The position numbers were made by a program, and so were the translations under genes. A model generated the notes under the pieces. That model did not search any database. It was not told where the DNA came from and was given only the letters and a program-made list of their open reading frames with translations. From positions 1 to 28,060 of the IMG/VR virus record IMGVR_UViG_3300017777_003631: a DNA stretch of 28,060 nucleotides, one strand, 5' to 3'. Positions 26,316 to 28,060 of this stretch are shown here, piece by piece (the stretch's first letter is position 1; the number at the start of each line of letters is the position of its first letter). This DNA is from a virus. Its lineage: Duplodnaviria; Caudoviricetes.

Positions 26316-26363
26316 TCCTGTGTCTGGTATAAAGAAGTACTATAATTAGACTTTAAAGAAGCT

Positions 26364-27110
26364 TTAAGGGCTCTTAGGTGGATCAGTGTAATCATTCGAA
26401 TTTGGGTCGGGACACCAATCCGTCCATCGATTGCCGTAATTTGGGTGAGTTTTTTCGTCCCCAGTAAATTTATTATCCTTTTTAACCTTTTTTGCTATTT
26501 TGGATAATTGTTTTGGATCCAATATACCGGCGTTCATTAAATTCATTAATGCTTCTGGGGGAAGCATCATTGAGATATAAATCATTGGTCTTTTTATAAA
26601 ATCTATTTCTTCTTCCTCTTCAGGAAATGGCATATGAGGATTCATTGGTTCTTCCATGCTTTGTAATTTATTATACACATCAGAACCCATCTCTTCCATT
26701 TCATGAAACAAATCACCAAATATTTGATTTAATATCTCTTCATCAGTAATTGATTTTTTGTTTTTGTTTAGTTTTTTAAGTAAAGTATTTGCTTCTTCTT
26801 CTGTTAGTTGTTTTCTATCTTCTGGAAGAACATCTAATCTTTTCATTTCCATATCATATAATTTAAAAGTAGTATCTGTTGGATCTAACATAGAAGCAAT
26901 ATGTGTTTTTGGAATTTCTATTTGTTGAGATGTTGTGTGTATTAACCAATCTTTCAACAAGGTCATATCATATGGTCTTCCTATGTTATCCATTAATGTA
27001 GTTGTACGAAATACCATAGGTCTAGTAAGAACCATAGTTCTTTTGTTTTTCTCCGTAACATGAGAAATTAATTCTTCGCCGCTTTTTAATTTAAGAATTT
27101 TGTAACTCAT
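26364..27110 (-). CDS. Conserved T4-like hypothetical protein between uvsW and gp55 (N-terminal Sm-like beta domain)
   Basis: YKILKLKSGEELIS.V......L.RPM....L.DW N-terminus; ATGA overlap with uvsW; position matches cyanophage-like gene order. Confidence 0.7.
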   Translation of the reverse strand: MSYKILKLKSGEELISHVTEKNKRTMVLTRPMVFRTTTLMDNIGRPYDMTLLKDWLIHTTSQQIEIPKTHIASMLDPTDTTFKLYDMEMKRLDVLPEDRKQLTEEEANTLLKKLNKNKKSITDEEILNQIFGDLFHEMEEMGSDVYNKLQSMEEPMNPHMPFPEEEEEIDFIKRPMIYISMMLPPEALMNLMNAGILDPKQLSKIAKKVKKDNKFTGDEKTHPNYGNRWTDWCPDPNSNDYTDPPKSP

Positions 27111-28060
27111 TTTAATTCCTCCAGGCGTATTTTTGTAAGATTATATAAAAACTTCTCATTAGTATATATGTCTATACGTTCATCCATGTGACGGAGTGCA
27201 TGGTTTCTGTATTTCTTATATCGGAGATCATCACCAATATCGTATATTGTTACTTTATCTTTGGTGTCGCTTTTTCTAAGTCCTCTTCCAATTGATTGTA
27301 ATACTCTCACTACAGATTTAGATGGCGAAACAAATACAATATTATGTATATTCTTAATATTTATACCTGTCGAACATGTTCCGTATGAAGCAATCAAAAT
27401 ACTATCTGTTTGATTATTTACTGTTTGTCTTATCTCTTCTCGTTCAGATGCTTCTGTGCCACCATATATGAAGAAACAAGGCTTGTTACACTTCTTTTTG
27501 ATTTCTTCATATAACGGTTTTCCGTGCTTATCAACATAATTGTACAGTACCAGAGTATTTCCTTTAAGATGGCAGCACAAGTTTACTATGAATTTATTTC
27601 TATTTGTATTTGCAACTAACCACTGTATTTCATCAATGTATTTTGCTTTTTTGATTTCATCTATTTCTTCTTTTGTATATTCAAGCAACAAACATTTGAT
27701 CTTTATATTAGAAAGAAGATTTTTGTCTATAAGAGATTTGGTTGAAGTCACATTATAGACTGGCCCAAATAAACCTTCTACTACTAGTTTATGAACATGG
27801 GTTCCATCTAATGTGCCTGTTGTTCCTATTCTATACGGACAGTCTTTCATCTTTGACATTAATGTAGTCAATGATTTTGCTTTAAATAGATGACACTCAT
27901 CACCAAAAACACAATATATGTTCTTAAAAAAGTCTTCTTTCATTTTGTAAATACTTTGCCATGTTGAAATGATTACTTTTTTATTTGTTTGTTTGTCTTG
28001 ACCAGAATATACCACATGACATTTTTTAATGAATCCATCTTTGTTAGAATAATCTTTAAA
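27107..28060 (-). CDS. uvsW: UvsW SF2 DNA/RNA-DNA helicase, 5'-truncated by window edge
   Basis: ISTWQSIY, GDECH (motif II), GTTGTL (III), ASYGT.STGINI (V), LQSIGRGLR (VI). The frame is open to base 28060. Confidence 0.96.
   Translation of the reverse strand, partial: FKDYSNKDGFIKKCHVVYSGQDKQTNKKVIISTWQSIYKMKEDFFKNIYCVFGDECHLFKAKSLTTLMSKMKDCPYRIGTTGTLDGTHVHKLVVEGLFGPVYNVTSTKSLIDKNLLSNIKIKCLLLEYTKEEIDEIKKAKYIDEIQWLVANTNRNKFIVNLCCHLKGNTLVLYNYVDKHGKPLYEEIKKKCNKPCFFIYGGTEASEREEIRQTVNNQTDSILIASYGTCSTGINIKNIHNIVFVSPSKSVVRVLQSIGRGLRKSDTKDKVTIYDIGDDLRYKKYRNHALRHMDERIDIYTNEKFLYNLTKIRLEELK

Noticed and set aside
26351-26369. Hairpin ttaaag-aag-ctttaa at the end of the 248 aa gene as an intrinsic terminator
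   Set aside because: AT-rich short stem, 3 nt loop and no clear U-tract; too weak to call.
2898-27758. Remaining short + strand and nested ORFs (e.g. 4655, 4857, 7047, 7323, 9690, 11574, 15095, 15802, 16982, 17665, 18850, 19362, 19741, 20197, 21329, 23125, 24164, 25492, 27540)
   Set aside because: All overlap well-supported minus-strand genes and lack recognisable motifs.
1-28060. Alternative genetic code, introns/inteins, tRNA or rRNA genes
   Set aside because: Core genes are full length under the standard code and end in TAA, TGA or TAG; none shows an intein- or intron-sized insertion; no intergenic space or cloverleaf-like sequence was seen.

Overview
AT-rich segment of a large T4-like (Tevenvirinae/Kyanoviridae-like) myophage genome. 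Every credible gene lies on the minus strand, mostly translationally coupled. In transcription order (right to left): uvsW helicase (partial), a conserved hypothetical, gp55 late sigma factor, gp47, a SET-domain protein inserted between gp47 and gp46, gp46, a PLP-dependent enzyme coupled to an SPPY-type DNA amino-methyltransferase, two hypotheticals, RNase H, a small basic ORF, and gp45-gp44-gp62-regA. In T4, DNA polymerase gp43 follows regA. Here a ~12 kb, 16-gene glycan-biosynthesis island follows instead: GT10-like, GT2 and GT2-TPR glycosyltransferases, a GDP-mannose dehydratase/reductase, a GDP-mannose 3,5-epimerase, a split HldE-like nucleotidyltransferase and kinase with HAD phosphatase and cupin, and five SAM methyltransferases. 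The island leads straight into a small structural protein and a >756 aa Gly-X-Thr collagen-like fibre gene that the ORF track missed because it runs off the window. That fibre contains a Planctomycete-like dockerin/EF-hand motif. The best candidates for undescribed systems are a BclA-like virion-fibre glycosylation system, a PLP enzyme + methyltransferase DNA-modification pair, and a phage SET lysine methyltransferase. All calls come from motif recognition and gene order; no database searches were run.
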